Below, piece by piece: positions 1 to 12,466 of a stretch of DNA of 64,000 nucleotides; the first letter of the stretch is position 1, and each line of letters opens with the position of its first letter. The stretch is from Octopus sinensis (lineage: Eukaryota): the NCBI RefSeq assembly GCF_006345805.1, contig NC_043001.1:134664001-134728000 (forward strand), read 5' to 3'. The translations under genes and the position numbers were made by a program. The notes beneath the pieces were generated by a model, which did not search any database, was not told the origin of the DNA, and saw only the letters and a list, made by a program, of their open reading frames with translations.

Positions 1-400
1 TACAACAATGTCCAGCAAACTGGACTCTCCTACCTTTCACAAGAGATGACACAGGTGGTAGTTTCCCATATATTTGCATTTTGGTTGGATGGCGCTTCCA
101 CAAAAGATTTTGAGCTCTCATAAGGAGGTGAATGTAGGTTCCATCCAACCGCCTCTCAAGCTTCTTTGATAAAGTCCAGGTTTCTGAGCCATATAGTAGA
201 ATTGGTTCAACTGTGGCTTTGAAGATTTCAAGTTTGAAGTCTCTACTTAGATTTGATGACCAGATCTTATGCATATCATTACAGGCTGACCAGGCCATAC
301 CCTTTCTAGTTAGAAAGTCTTTTCCAGATGATGATATGTATGACCCAAGATATTTATAATCAGAAATGAAAGAAAGGGCTGCAGCAGAACAGGTTTCTCG
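1..400 (-). mobile_element. Non-LTR retrotransposon (RTE-like) RT C-terminal fragment
   Basis: Minus strand reads DYKYLGSYISSSGKDFLTRKGMAWSACNDMHKIWSSNLSRDFKLEIFKATVEPILLYGSETWTLSKKLERRLDGTY...RRVQFAGHC. YLGS, LLYGSETW and AGH are LINE RT/thumb motifs. Runs off the window edge. Confidence 0.85.
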
Positions 401-819
401 CTGCAGAGGATCTATGTGATTACTCATATTTTAGAAGAAAGGGTAAGAGTTATCATGCTGAGTTGGAAAGGGATAAAAATATTGGTGATGAAGTGTCAGG
501 GTGGATCCTCAAGGTATGAGGTAGGTAGAAATGAGAAGGACCAGGAGTATGGGTGGATGGAGGTTGCAAGGAGGCAGGGAATGAGAGATGAGAAATGGAT
601 GAGGAGAGACGTGGTAGGTGACCACTGTAAAGATTGGGTAGGGTTGAAGGTGGATGTAGTGAATGACCAATGATACAAGTGTTAGAGGAGGTAGGAAAGG
701 GGAGATGATTGACAGTGCAGAGCAGCAGAACAGTAATGATGATGCAGTAGGCAGGAGAAGGACATGAGAGAAATGACATGTGTGACTGGTAAGTTGTAGG
801 AGTGGGGGTGGGAAGATAG

Positions 820-1020
820 AGCAATGGTTAGAGTGTTGCACTCATGTTTATGAGATTGCGAGTTCAATTCCTGGACTAAACAGTGTGTTGCGCTTTTGAG
901 CAAAACGCTTCATCTCACATTGTTCTGCAATCACTTCGACATCTAATGGGTGGCATACCATGCACCTGTACAGGTAATATCAATTTCATGGAGAGAGTGA
1001 GCATGAACATTTGATCACTA
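820..1020 (+). mobile_element. Degraded tRNA-headed SINE
   Basis: A-box-like TGGTTAGAGTG and B-box-like GTTCAATTCC, followed by the TTGAGCAAAAC-CTTCATCTCAC body shared with the SINEs at 13655 and 41285. Confidence 0.6.
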
Positions 1021-1065
1021 TAATGAAATTGTCTGCGATGTTCAGCGTGAAATTGCAGAACTACC

Positions 1066-1365
1066 TTATATATATATGTATATATCTGTAGCTATATCTG
1101 TGTGTGCATGCATGTGTGTGTGCGTGTGTGCACATGTATATGTGTGAATGTGCATACATGTGTATACACACGTGTATATGTGTGTGTGTGCATATGAGTT
1201 TGCATGTGTGTGGATGTGTGCACATGTATATGTGTGAATGAGCTTACATGTGTGCATGTATATACACACATGTATATATGTGTGTGTGTGTGCATATGAG
1301 TTTGCATGTGTGCACGTGTGTTTGTGTTTGTGTGTGTGTGTGTGTGTGTGGTGTGTGTACGTGCA
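1066..1365. repeat. Compound (TA)/(TG) microsatellite with duplicated ~90 bp units
   Basis: Directly visible dinucleotide arrays. Confidence 0.9.
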
Positions 1366-1859
1366 GAAGAAAAAGAGAAAGAAAGAAAGAAATCGATCGC
1401 CTCGTAATCTGCAGTATAATTGAATTTAGAAACTGCCACCCACTCCACTCCACTCCAACACAGGAACTTGTTGCACAGTGCCACAGTTGAGAAACGACCA
1501 TTTCTTTTCTTCATACCTGTACCTACCTACCTCCTACCTGTTAGTGCTAAATACCATTCTGTTTACCAACACACTCTTTTCACCTTGAATATTCTATCTC
1601 CTTCTTCTAACAGCTGCATTCTAACCCAGTTTCTTTCAACAACTTGCTTCTCTACACCTTACCGACAGTTTTATGAGCAAGCATCAGTTTTTTTTACTTT
1701 GGAACAGTCTCCGTACAGTTTTCGACTGTCTGTCTGTCTGGCTGACCGTCTGTTTGACTGACCGTCTGTCTGTCTGGCCGTCCGTTTGTCTGTCTGTTTC
1801 GCAGATGTTATTACTGCTACCTACTCACCCATATATTTTGTTTTCCTCTGTAAAATTAA

Positions 1860-2288
1860 TCGGCGATCTTTCGTCTCTAGTAGACCTTTCCGTCGATTTC
1901 CGTAAAAAAAATTTTTTTTTTACATATGGGCTTGCGGGAACTTTTGAAGTAATATACATACATATATACACATACACCGAGTAAAAAATTTCAGTTATCT
2001 CTTTCTTTCACACATTACTCTGTCTCTTCACACACACTAACAAAAGCACTTCACTTACACAACATACTGTCTGTCTCCCACAATCCATCAAACACACACA
2101 CACACACATGTACATCAATGCGTCCCATGCAAAAGTAACTTCAAAAGAACTTCCCTCGTCATACAATCGCTTTCTCTTAGTCTCTTTCGCTCTCATTACT
2201 TCAAAAGTTCCCGCAAGCCCATATGTAAGAAAAAAAAATTTTTTACGGAAATCGACGGAAAGGTCTACTAGAGACGAAAGATTGCCAA
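1860..2288. mobile_element. TTAA-flanked MITE with ~95 bp terminal inverted repeats
   Basis: 1855-1953 is the reverse complement of 2195-2293 with few mismatches. TTAA at 1856-1859 and 2289-2292. Confidence 0.7.
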
Positions 2289-2584
2289 TTAATCGTGTCA
2301 ATGTTTGTCTGGATACCTTATAAACTCGTCCCTACAGGTTCACCATATATTTATAGGCCACATGCATGCATATTTCCAAAAAGATCTTTTTTTAATATGT
2401 TGGTATCACAGTTTAGAATGGAACGAACGAGACCTACATCTCATTCTCGCGTCATTTTGTTAGACTTTGTTAGTCATGTAAGCTATCAATATTGATGTAT
2501 AGGTGCAGTAATATCACATGTTCTCTCTTTCTCTCTCTCTCTCTCATCCATACACACACACGCGTGCATTATATTCCATACATA

Positions 2585-3086
2585 TCTTCTTTATATATAA
2601 AAGTCAAGTTGTGTGTCTGTCTCCTACGATTTAGATTCCTAACTACTCCCACATTTTTCGGTGCAGTGTAACCAAAACCGGGTATCTTATAGTCGTGATT
2701 CATATCGAGCCCTTCTGGGTATTAGCGCGCGTCTACGATGAGTCTACGATTTTAAAAATAATTTACCATCATTTTTTTCCATTTTAATGCATTTTTTCGC
2801 TATTATATAAGGGAAGTAACTCTCTAAAAATGTCTACGATGAGTCAACGATTAAAAAAAAAATTTACCATAATTTTTTTCCATTTTTAATGCATTTTTTC
2901 GCTATTATATAAGGGAAGTAACTCTCTAAAAATGTCTACGATGAGTCAACGATTTTTAAAAAATTCACCATAATTTTTTTTCCATTTTTAATGCATTTTT
3001 TTGCTAATTTTTGGCTATAACTCTCTAAAAATGCTTATATAGTTATTTCCCTTACAAACCCGAGCAACGCCGGGCGATACTGCTAG
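2585..3086 (+). mobile_element. Non-autonomous Helitron with internal ~110 bp tandem duplication
   Basis: Starts TC after A (A|TCTTCTTTATATATAAAAG). Ends with hairpin CCCGAGCAACGCCGGG then CTAG|T. No TSD, A|T insertion site. Confidence 0.9.
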
Positions 3087-3694
3087 TAATGGATATGTTT
3101 GTAGGCAACAGTTTTAAGGGCCCAGCAAATTATACTAGCCCACCACTAACACACACACACACATGCACACATACACACATCTTTAAAAGGTGTCAGTCAC
3201 CTCAAAGTTTCAAGTATAGTTTTTCAAGTTCTGTGTGTGTGTGTATGAAAAAAAAAATATATATATATATTATATATATATATATATACACATTAATACA
3301 TGTATACATATATAAATATTGTGAGGGAGAGGGAAAGAGCTATGTATAGTAGGAAATGTAACCTACATAAATGTATGAGTGTACGTCTATGTGCACATAC
3401 AACTTTCTCAAGCATATGCATCCATGCATATAAATGTCTAACTGTGAATATTAGTATATTTGTGCGCGTGTGTGCGCGCGCAGGCATCAGCTGATAAAAC
3501 TAGATTGAATGTCACATGCAACTTGCAAGACTACTAACTTCAATAAAAAAAGGACACGAAGACTTCTGATTGGTTGTTTCTATCTTTCCATACTGGCGAA
3601 TGAATACATATTGTTCCCAGAACTATTTTCTTCACTGTCCTACCAAAAAGTAATCCCAAATTATCTTCTTTATGTCTTCTATTTCTATTTATCA

Positions 3695-4084
3695 CTAGCA
3701 GTATCGCCCGGCGTTGCTCGGGTTTGTAAGGGAAATAACTATAAAGCATTTTTAGAGAGTTATAGCCAAAAAATAGCAAAAAATGCATTAAAAATGAAAA
3801 AAAAGTGATGGTAATTTTTTTTAAATCGTTGACTCATCGTAGACATTTTTAGAGAGTTACTTCCCTTATATTTAAAAAATATGCATTAAAATGGAAAAAA
3901 TGATGGTAAATTATTTTTAAAATCGTAGACTCATTGTAGACGCGCGCTAATACCCAGAAGGGTTCGATATGAATCACGACTATAAGATACCCGGTTTTGG
4001 TTAAACTGCACCGCAAAATGTGGGAGTCGTTAGGAATCTAAATCGGAGTAGACAGACACACAACCTTTCTTTTATATATAAAGA
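3695..4084 (-). mobile_element. Non-autonomous Helitron, same family, opposite orientation
   Basis: Reverse complement starts A|TCTTTATATATAAAAG and ends CCCGAGCAACGCCGGGCGATACTGCTAG|T. High similarity to 2585-3086. Confidence 0.9.
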
Positions 4085-4744
4085 TATCAAAAGAATTCTA
4101 TATATTCCTGTTACGGTAACTAAAGTTTGGTGCAGAAATATATCTGAAAGGTATAGGGGTAATTGAATGGATGGCAGTCTTCATGATCTTTTTAGGACAC
4201 TTCAAAAGAGGAATATATTTTACACTTAAATGATTGAAAAACGTCACCACCTTTATAGGTAAAGAGTAGGAACTAGTAGAGGAAGCCAAACATTACTAGT
4301 TAGATTTAGTTGGTATCTCGTCTACTAGATTCCAAGGCTCTGGTACCATAGATTTGGATAGAGAGAGAGGGAGCTTCACTATTTGGGTGTGGTGCCAACT
4401 ACAAGATTGAGTCAAAAGTTTTTCTGTTTTTTTTTTGTATTTCAAGCATTAATTAATAGTTCAAAGATAGAATGTAATAAGTTGGAAGAAATGCCTCTAT
4501 GTACTTTGTCATGCTAACAATTTGGCCAACTTGCTGCCTTGAGTAAACCGTAACATTAGCACAAACCTATCATCATAGATTCCTTCCAGAAATATTCTTG
4601 AAATATTCTCCACCACCTGGCCTTTTAAACATATATTTTGACTTTATCCGGTAAAAAACATATTTCTTTTCTGCTGGAATTGAAAGAAATCATTGCCAAG
4701 GAGAAATGTCAATTGTTTTGACAACATTGTCCAACTTGCAACAG

Positions 4745-4852
4745 ATGCTGCCACCACTGCTGCTGCTGGTGCCACCACTGCTGCTGCCGCTACTGTTGCC
4801 ACTGCTACTGCTGCCGCCACCGCCACCACCACCACCACCACCACCACCACCA
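4745..4852. repeat. (CTG)/(CCA) trinucleotide microsatellite
   Basis: Direct observation. Explains the poly-Gly/Pro/Ala/Val ORFs in the track. Confidence 0.9.
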
Positions 4853-5318
4853 GATCTTGACTCACGTTCTAAAAACAAACATATGAAAATAATCAGTTAA
4901 AAAATAACAATACAAAATAAGAAGAATGAACTGAAATGCTTGCCAAACTGTGTAAATTGTTTAGGTTCTGAGACAGAAGACGGAATTAACTTCACAGATT
5001 TTTCTATTTATGCTTCCCTCCTTTACAAAGTATATTTTAGTTGTTTGTGAAAGTCAAGTAAAGTACATTAACTACTGTGTATTCTTCAAGAACTTACACA
5101 CATTAGACATAGATTTTACCAGACAACAAACAAGCATTTATGTAGCCCTTTTTCCATGTTGGTATGGGTTGAATGTTGAAAGGGTCCTATAATCCTCTGG
5201 CACTTTGTTGCAGGCATAAAGCCTTATAACAGGAAGAACTTATTAAATGATATTGTTCAAGATATATAAAAATATAGGATGGTCACAAATGAATGTCTTT
5301 GGTTAAAGGTCTGCTTAA

Positions 5319-5535
5319 CCCTTTTGTTACCATATTTCTGTTGACACTTCCTGTCTTTGTCTCAACTGATTTTTGAAATAATGAAGAATTTAGTAAACTA
5401 ACTGTCATTATTAAACTGGTGTGTGGAACATTAATTAACAAAAAAATTGATGGAAAATTATGATTTAAATTACTTTAAAACAGTAAGTTTGGCATAGAAA
5501 CAGAGGTGGTCTCTAGTAGATTGGTGTCAAAAGGA
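5319..5535. mobile_element. piggyBac-like MITE (TTAA-CCC...)
   Basis: TTAA at 5315-5318 and 5536-5539. Imperfect TIR CCCTTTTGTTACC / TGGTGTCAAAAGGA. Confidence 0.7.
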
Positions 5536-5544
5536 TTAATTAAT

Positions 5545-6190
5545 CTTAGCAGATCTTGTGCTAAACAACCATGACCATAATGACCATAATGCTTTTAGTG
5601 AACTTCAGTCCATTGCAGGTTCCCTTCAACTGTTATTTTACATGCATCCCTTCTCCAGTGTATCCAGTCAGATCTATCAATCTTTTGACCTAATTGGTAA
5701 ATATTTCCCAGTGCATTTTATTTTCCCAGCCCAATGCTGCTTTTGTTGAAGTTTTCTTTAGCATAGCTTCTATTTTCTTTCAATATCTAACTGGGCTTCG
5801 TTGCTCATTTCCAGTCTCTAAGGCAGTGGTTTTCAACCAGGGTTCCTCGGAACCTTAGGGTTCCGCAAGAAGTTACAAAACTGCAAAAATCGGCAGTAAT
5901 TTTTAATTCTCCTGTGCAGATATGTGTGCATAAGACTATTAAATTATTGCACAGGGGTTCCTCAAGCCAGTGGAATGTTTCCTTGGGGTTCCGCTCCAGC
6001 AAAAAATTTGAAAAGCACTGCTCTAAGGTACTGCTCAGAAGAAACAAGCAGTATAAATGTGCATCTTTCTACAGCTGCAGAGAAATAGTGCTTCCCTTTT
6101 CGCTCATAGAATTCCACATGGGAATGAACTCCTTCTGGTGAAAAAGCAACCGTGACTAACTTCCTCTTAATGTTACATCTGCCCACCAAC
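5545..6190 (-). mobile_element. Highly degenerate RTE-like RT remnant, split by a hAT MITE
   Basis: Minus strand reads ...KGKHYFSAAVERCTF..., then after the MITE MSNEAQLDIEKKIEAMLKKTSTKAALGWENK. This resembles the RTE FTYLGS / LD.EI..RI.KA..AFG.L..RVW region. Stops present. Confidence 0.45.
5824..6020. mobile_element. hAT (Charlie-like) MITE
   Basis: TIR CAGTGGTTTTCAA / TTGAAAAGCACTG (12/13). Perfect 8 bp TSD CTCTAAGG at 5816-5823 and 6021-6028. Confidence 0.92.
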
Positions 6191-6719
6191 TCAGCTCAGC
6201 ACCTTCACTTGCTTGTTATCTCAGCTTACAACATTATATATTCACATACCAATATGATGTAACATTGTATATAATATGAGATTTAACTGAATATGTAAAT
6301 CCTTTATATTGTAGTAGAGCACTTTTTTTATGAAATGTTGCATGTGTATGTATTCTTCTTAATTCCTCTAACTCTATGTGGATCATAGAACAACAATAAG
6401 AGATTTCCATTCATATATTCTCTTGTTGGTGTTTCAGTAGCAATGTAGAAAATTGATAGCACAGGGTTATTAACTCTACATCTACCATCCTTTTCCTTTC
6501 TCAACTGAGCCAGGGACTGGCTTTGGTGGTATGTTTATGTATATATTATACATATTTTTTATTGTTCCACTAGTTCTGCTGCATTTTATTTCTTTCCTGA
6601 AAAACTCACAACAGAATTCTTTTATAAATTAGTTATGCAGGGACATAAGATCTCCCTTCCACCAGTGATTATTGTGTATGCATCACATGAAAGTTTGAAA
6701 TCTCAAGGCCAGGAATCTT

Positions 6720-9496
6720 CTGTGGATATTTATTTTAATATTTGTAGGGACATTGAAAAGTAGGTCTAGTGAGATTGTTGAGCTGCTTGAACGGATGCAT
6801 GTTGATGTATGCTGCATCCAGGAGGTAAGGTGGAAAGGAGCTTCAGCCAGGTTCCTCACCGGCAAGACACATAGGTATAAAATCTGGGAAGGTAACAGTG
6901 GCAGGGTAAGCGGTGTAGGTATACTTCTTGCAGAGAAATGGGTGGATAAGGTCACAGAGGTAGTCAGAGTGAGTGATATAGTGCTTAAACTCAGGCTAGT
7001 CTTGCAGAATAGCTTAGCATCAATTATCTCTGCCTATGCCCCACAGGCAGGCCTACCAAATGAACAGAAGGACCATTTTTATGATATTCTCCTGCAGGCT
7101 AACTCTAAGACAAATAACAAGGATCTCATCTTCATGGCTGGAGACTTTAATGGGCATGTCAGACAGCAGACTGGTATTTTCCATGGTATACATGGGGCCA
7201 TGGAATTGGTTCATAAAATGAAGAGGGAACAAGGCTACTGGAGTTCTGTGATGCAAATAACCTATTAATCTGCAACACCAACTTCAGGAAGCCAACCAGC
7301 CACCAATCAGGTGGATATGCTAGCCAAATCGATTACATTCTCACTAAGCAATGGGATGCATGGTTGCTCTTAAATACAAAGACCCTCCCTGGTGAAGAAT
7401 GTATCCCCAGCATAGATTAGTTGTTAGTGATTTTAGATTCCAAGCCAGAAGGATACTAAGAAGCAGACCAATCTGGAAAAGGATTTGGAAGCTTAAAGAT
7501 CCTTTATGTGCTCAGAGATTTAGGGACATCCTAATTGAGAAATTTGATGAGAGGGAGGAGTAGCTACAAACTTGTGACATAGAGGGGAATTCCTGTGGGA
7601 CAGTTTGCTGAGTGCCACAGAACAAATCTGTAGGTGGTGCAAAGTCCTAACCAGACCTAGAGTAATGTAGTGGTGGAATGATGCGGTAGACAGGGCCATT
7701 AAAGCAAAGAAACAGGCCTGGAAGGACCGGAAGAGTGGGGGTAGTACTAGCAGGGAACCGTATTAGACAGCCAGAAGGGAATCTAGGAGACAGATATATC
7801 TAGCCAAGGGAGAAACAGAAAAGAAGTTTGTTTGTGTGCAGTGACGTGAGGACCAAAGAAGTGAAGTGTTTTGGGATTGTAAGACTGAGTGAGAGAAAAT
7901 CATGATGTCAAATTGTTGGATCAGAGGTATCAAATTGTTGGATCACGTGATGAAAGTTATGGAGAGAGGGTCATAGCCTAACTAATTAGTGAGAAAGTTA
8001 GCCTGGATGAGATACAGTTTGGTTTTGTGCTAAGGAGAAGCACCACTGATGCCATATTTCTGGTCAGACAGCTGCAGGAGAAATACCTAACCAAAGATAA
8101 ACCTTTGTACTTGGCCTTTTTGACTTGGAGAAAGCCTTTGATAGGGTCCCTTGATCCCTTATTTGGTAGTCAATGCAGAAACTAGGGATAGAGGAGTGGT
8201 TGGTGAGAGTCATACAAACCATGTACAGAGATGCTACCAGCAAGATAAGGGTTGGCAATGAGTACAGCGAAGAATTCTGGGTACAAGTAGGGGTTCACCA
8301 AGGATCAGTACTTATCCCCCTCTTGTTCATCATAGTCCTCCAGGCAATAACAGAGGAATTTAAGAAAGGCAGTCCCTGGGAGCTCGTCTATGCTGATGAT
8401 CTTGCTCTTATAGCTGAATCACTACCAGAACTAGAGAAGTTCCAGGTATGGAAGCAAGGTCTGGAATCAATCCCTTCAGGTAGATGGCCCTGATTGATCT
8501 GTAGAAAAGACATATGTAGAAACTCCATAAGACACATCCAGTGTAAGCTTTGGACACATTAAAGGTGCAACAATATCAGAGGAAGGTTAACAGGGAAATT
8601 AGCTTTTGTATGTGGAAGATGCACAGGTACAATAAACGCTGAAAATGTGCAGAAAATAGACTCCATCAATTGCTAGGGGGACAAGCTAGAGGTAGTAGAT
8701 AGCTTCCGATATCTAGGTGATCACGTTAGTAGTGGAAGGGGATGATCCAAGAGAATAGCTGTGAGGATAAGATTAGGCTGGGAAAAGTGCAGAAAGCTCC
8801 AACATCTGCTGGCAACATTTTGAGAGAAAAGTTGAGCATAAGAGGCATCAGATGTGGTGTGTAAGAGAAACAACTGAACTGGTATGGTCATGTGATGCAT
8901 ATGAACGACAGCTATGTAAAGAAGTTCTGATCTCTAACTGTGGAGGGAACCTGTGGTAGAGGTAGACCCAGGAAGACATAGGATAAAGTGGTGAAGCATG
9001 ATCTTCGAACTTTGAGCGTCACAGAGGCAATGACTAGTGACCGAGGCCTTTGGCGATATGCTGTGCTTGAGAAGACCCATCAAGCCAAGTGAAATTGTAG
9101 TCATTGCTGATGCTGGTGTCACGTAACTGGCACCCAGGCCGGTGGCACGTAAAGAGTACCGTTCGAGCATTGGGCCTCACGGAAGCAAAGTGGCTGAGTG
9201 CCTTTCGAGCGTTGGGCCTCACAGAGGCAAAGTGGCTGAGTTCCTTTCGAGTGTTAGGCCTCGCGGAGGCAATGACCGAGACCTTTGGCATTATGTTTTG
9301 CTTGAAAATAAGGCTCATCAAGCCAAGTAAAATCGCAGTCGTGGGAGATACCGGTGTCACTCAAATGGCACCCGTGCCAGTGGCGCGTAAAAGCACCCAT
9401 TGCACTCTTGGAGTGATTTGCGTTAGGAAGGGCATCCAGCCATAGAAAACCGATTGGAGTCGAGAGCAACGGATGTTAAATGATGATGATGATGAT
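6720..9496 (+). mobile_element. Near full-length decayed RTE-clade LINE (AP endonuclease + RT + 3' UTR)
   Basis: Endonuclease ORF 6753-7268 (VDVCCIQEVRWKG, SAYAPQ, AGDFNGHV). RT motifs GVHQGSVLIPLLF and YADDL (8173-8493). GRGRPRKT C-terminus; tail GGATGTTAAATGATGATG. Many stops, frameshifts and deletions. Confidence 0.95.
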
Positions 9497-9577
9497 TGTA
9501 TACAGAGATTGCTTTTACCAATGCATTTAGATATTTAACTTTATACACACACATTCATATATATAATTGAAGTAATA

Positions 9578-9982
9578 GGCGCAGGAGTGGCTGTGTGGTA
9601 AGTAGCTTGCTAACCAGCCACATGGTTCCGGGTTCAGTCCCACTGCGTGGCATCTTGGGCAAGTGTCTTCTGCTATAGCCCCGGGCCGACCAATGCCTTG
9701 TGAGTGGATTTGGTAGACAGAAACTGAAAGAAGCCTGTCGTATATATGTATATATATATAAGTGTGTGTGTATATGTTTGTGTGTCTGTGTTTGTCCCCC
9801 TAGCATTGCTTGACAACCGATGCTGGTGTGTTTACGTCCCCGTTACTTAGCGGTTCGGCAAAGAGACCGATAGAATAAGTACTGGGTTTACAAAAGAATA
9901 AGTCCCGGGGTCGATTTGCTCGACTAAAGGCGGTGCTCCAGCATGGCCGCAGTCAAATGACTGAAACAAGTAAAAGAGTAAA
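9578..9982 (+). mobile_element. tRNA-headed SINE, family A (full length)
   Basis: Head GGCGCAGGAGTGGCTGTGTGGTAAG...GGTTCAGTCCC (A/B boxes), central TA/TG microsatellite, tail ...GACTGAAACAAGTAAAAGAGTA. More than 15 related copies or fragments in the window. Confidence 0.9.
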
Positions 9983-10856
9983 GGGAACAGGGGTGGGTGG
10001 TAAAATAGTTAAAACGTATTGTTAAGAAAAATTAAAGGCGCTAGAGGAAAATGTCATAAACTGGATTAAGTATCAATTGTTCTAAACGAAATTCTGCACT
10101 GGCAACTTATTGTCACCTCACCATCTCCTTCGTTCTCTTTTTCTTATCCTTTCTTTCTTGAGCTGATACAATAATCTTTCCGCCTCCGTCTCTCTTGGCT
10201 ACCATACTTTTTTCTCCCTTGCTTCACCTGATGTATCCAACTCGTTTCTTCTTACCTCTTAGTTACCTCCCTCATTTTCTCTTCACTAGATCTTCCTGCT
10301 TTTTTTTTTTTTTCATCCATCCTCTTTCGAATACATAAATGACCGAGAGGTATTCATAAACGTACTTAGTAAATGAAGGAGAGGCAGTTGTTAGAGGCAT
10401 ACAATAAATGGCAGACAACTGTAGCAGTACAAAGTAAACGACAACGTAAATTATGGAAGGGAAAGGCAGATAAAGTTAGATAGAATGATAGATTTGAGAG
10501 AAGAAATGACTAAGTTACCTCTGAGCATGAGAATCTATTGCTACAGGTAACTGACACCCTAAAGTGACATCTGTTTAATAGTGTAAGAGCTCAAAGTTTC
10601 AAACTTATTTTTGTGAGCGCCGTAGTGTTCTGCTAACTGTGAGACATGTTGAGTCATCGTTTTAACGTTCGTCTTCCATGCTAGCATGAGTTGAGCAGGT
10701 TTTTTTAAATTTCAATTGAACCTCAAAATCGCGGGAAGAGGTAAAGCTCTATGTAGGAAGAGTAATAAAATCTCAGTGCAAAGAGAAGAAAAGCAACTCA
10801 ATGTGGAGGAAATGGGAACTTAAGTGTAGAGGGAGGGGGGGCTGACTTGTTTAGAT

Positions 10857-11167
10857 CAGTGGTCTAGATTTCAACCATTTTTTGCCTGCGGACCCCGTTG
10901 ATTCATGTTTTATTCTTACTGGACCCTCATAGCCAGTTTTTAAAAAATCCTATTATATTTTTATAATTAAATATTATTAGGAGTTGTATAAAAAAAATTA
11001 AGGAGTGGCTGTGTGGTAAGTAGCTTGTTTACCAACCACATGGTTCCGGGTTCAGTCCCACTGCGTGGCATGTTGGGCAAGTGTCTTCTGCTATAGCCTC
11101 GGGCCGACCAAAGCCTTGTGAGTGGATTTGGTAGACGGAAACTGAAAGAAGCCCGTCGTATATATAT

Positions 11168-11222
<55 letters not shown>

Positions 11223-11479
11223 GTGTCTGTGTTTGTTCCCCTAGCATTGCTTGACAACCGATGCTAGTGTGTTTGTGTCCCCGTTACTTAGCGGTTCGGC
11301 AAAAGAGACCGATAGAATAAGTACTGGGCTTACAAAAGAATAAGTCCTGGAGTCGAGTTGCTCGATTAAAGGCGGTGCTCCAGCATGGCCGCAGTCAAAT
11401 GACTGGAACAAGTAAAAGAGTAATAATCTGTGTATTGTAGAAGTATGACCAATTTATTACACATAGATTTTAACAACAA
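10857..11479. mobile_element. hAT-like MITE left part, interrupted by a SINE A; continues at 12432-12466
   Basis: Begins CAGTGGT...TTCAACC. Sequence resumes after the SINE and again after a ~950 bp insertion bounded by TTTAACAACAA. A matching right-end motif GGTTGAAAACCACTG lies at ~14084-14098. Confidence 0.5.
11001..11421 (+). mobile_element. SINE family A
   Basis: Near-identical to 9578-9982. Confidence 0.9.
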
Positions 11480-11822
11480 GCGAGATATATTCTCCGTGAC
11501 AAAACGCAGTGAGTAGCTTGTTCCCCAGTTCGAACGTGCCTCAGGAATATTTGGACATAGCAATTTTATTTATCACTGCTTAGCACTCGGTAATTTACTT
11601 ACGGTGAGCCGCTGTTATAGCGCTACCAGCTCACCATATATGGTGACTGGAGAAGCATAAAAGAGAGGCAATTTCTTTGATTGGTTCGTAGCGTCGTCTG
11701 CCTGGTGTCTGTAGCCGTCGAGGAAATAATTCCGAAATGCTAGCATCTCACAGTCTAGGTAAAGTGGCGCTGCGAACTGATCTAGGTGTAAACACACACC
11801 ATTTGTCAACAAGTGAGATATA

Positions 11823-12309
11823 CAGTGATCCTCGCTACTTCGCGGTTCAACTATCGCGGATTTTAAATATATATATATATATATGAACGCCTAAAATTTT
11901 TCATTAAATCCATTAAAATATTAATAATAAATATTATTTCCTAGTCTAGGAACAACAAAATAAGCGTAAAATAGCAAAAAAGCATATACAGGGGTATTTG
12001 AACTTAAGACGGGCTGTGATTGGTGCAATGGAGAGAGACGACGAATCACAGCTTTCTATTTTGTAATCTGGCCTGTCTAACAGTAACAATCTTTATTTTT
12101 TAAATCTAAAGTGTTATTTATTGCTTAACAGTTGTCCTTGTTATTAATAGACTACTGTAATGGGTGGGTTGTTAACACTACAGGGAGGGTTTTAAAAGTC
12201 CAAATACACGTTAAATAAATACTGTAAGTATGGTGTCCCTACTTCGCGGAAATTCAGGTATAGCGGCCGGTCTCGGAACCAATCTACCGCGATAAACGAG
12301 GGATCACTG
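11823..12309. mobile_element. Tc1/mariner-superfamily (pogo/Tigger-like) MITE
   Basis: TIR CAGTGATCC(C)TCG / CGAGGGATCACTG. TA duplication at 11821-22 and 12310-11. The empty site is visible in the paralogous repeat at ~11481-11492. Confidence 0.88.
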
Positions 12310-12466
12310 TATTCTTCGTGACAAACTCCAGTGAGTCGCTTGTTCCGCAGTTTGAACGTGTCTCAGACATATTTGGATTGATAATAACATTACAATTTTA
12401 CTTATCACTAGTTAGTGCGCCCTCTCCATAATTTAACAACAAAATCTTATATGGACCCACCCCAAG

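Noticed and set aside
416-824. Several ORFs in a purine-rich tract
   Set aside because: Compositional bias only. May be an old LINE remnant but no diagnostic motif was recognised.
6070-6150. Plus-strand terminal exon candidate LQRNSASLFAHRIPHGNELLLVKKQP*
   Set aside because: Better explained as the antisense of a decayed RTE remnant; no supporting upstream exons.
9555-9806. Recurrent ORF ...RQASFSFRLPNPLTRHWSARGYSRRHLPKMPRSGTEPG...
   Set aside because: Antisense translation of SINE A, recurring at every copy; not a gene family.
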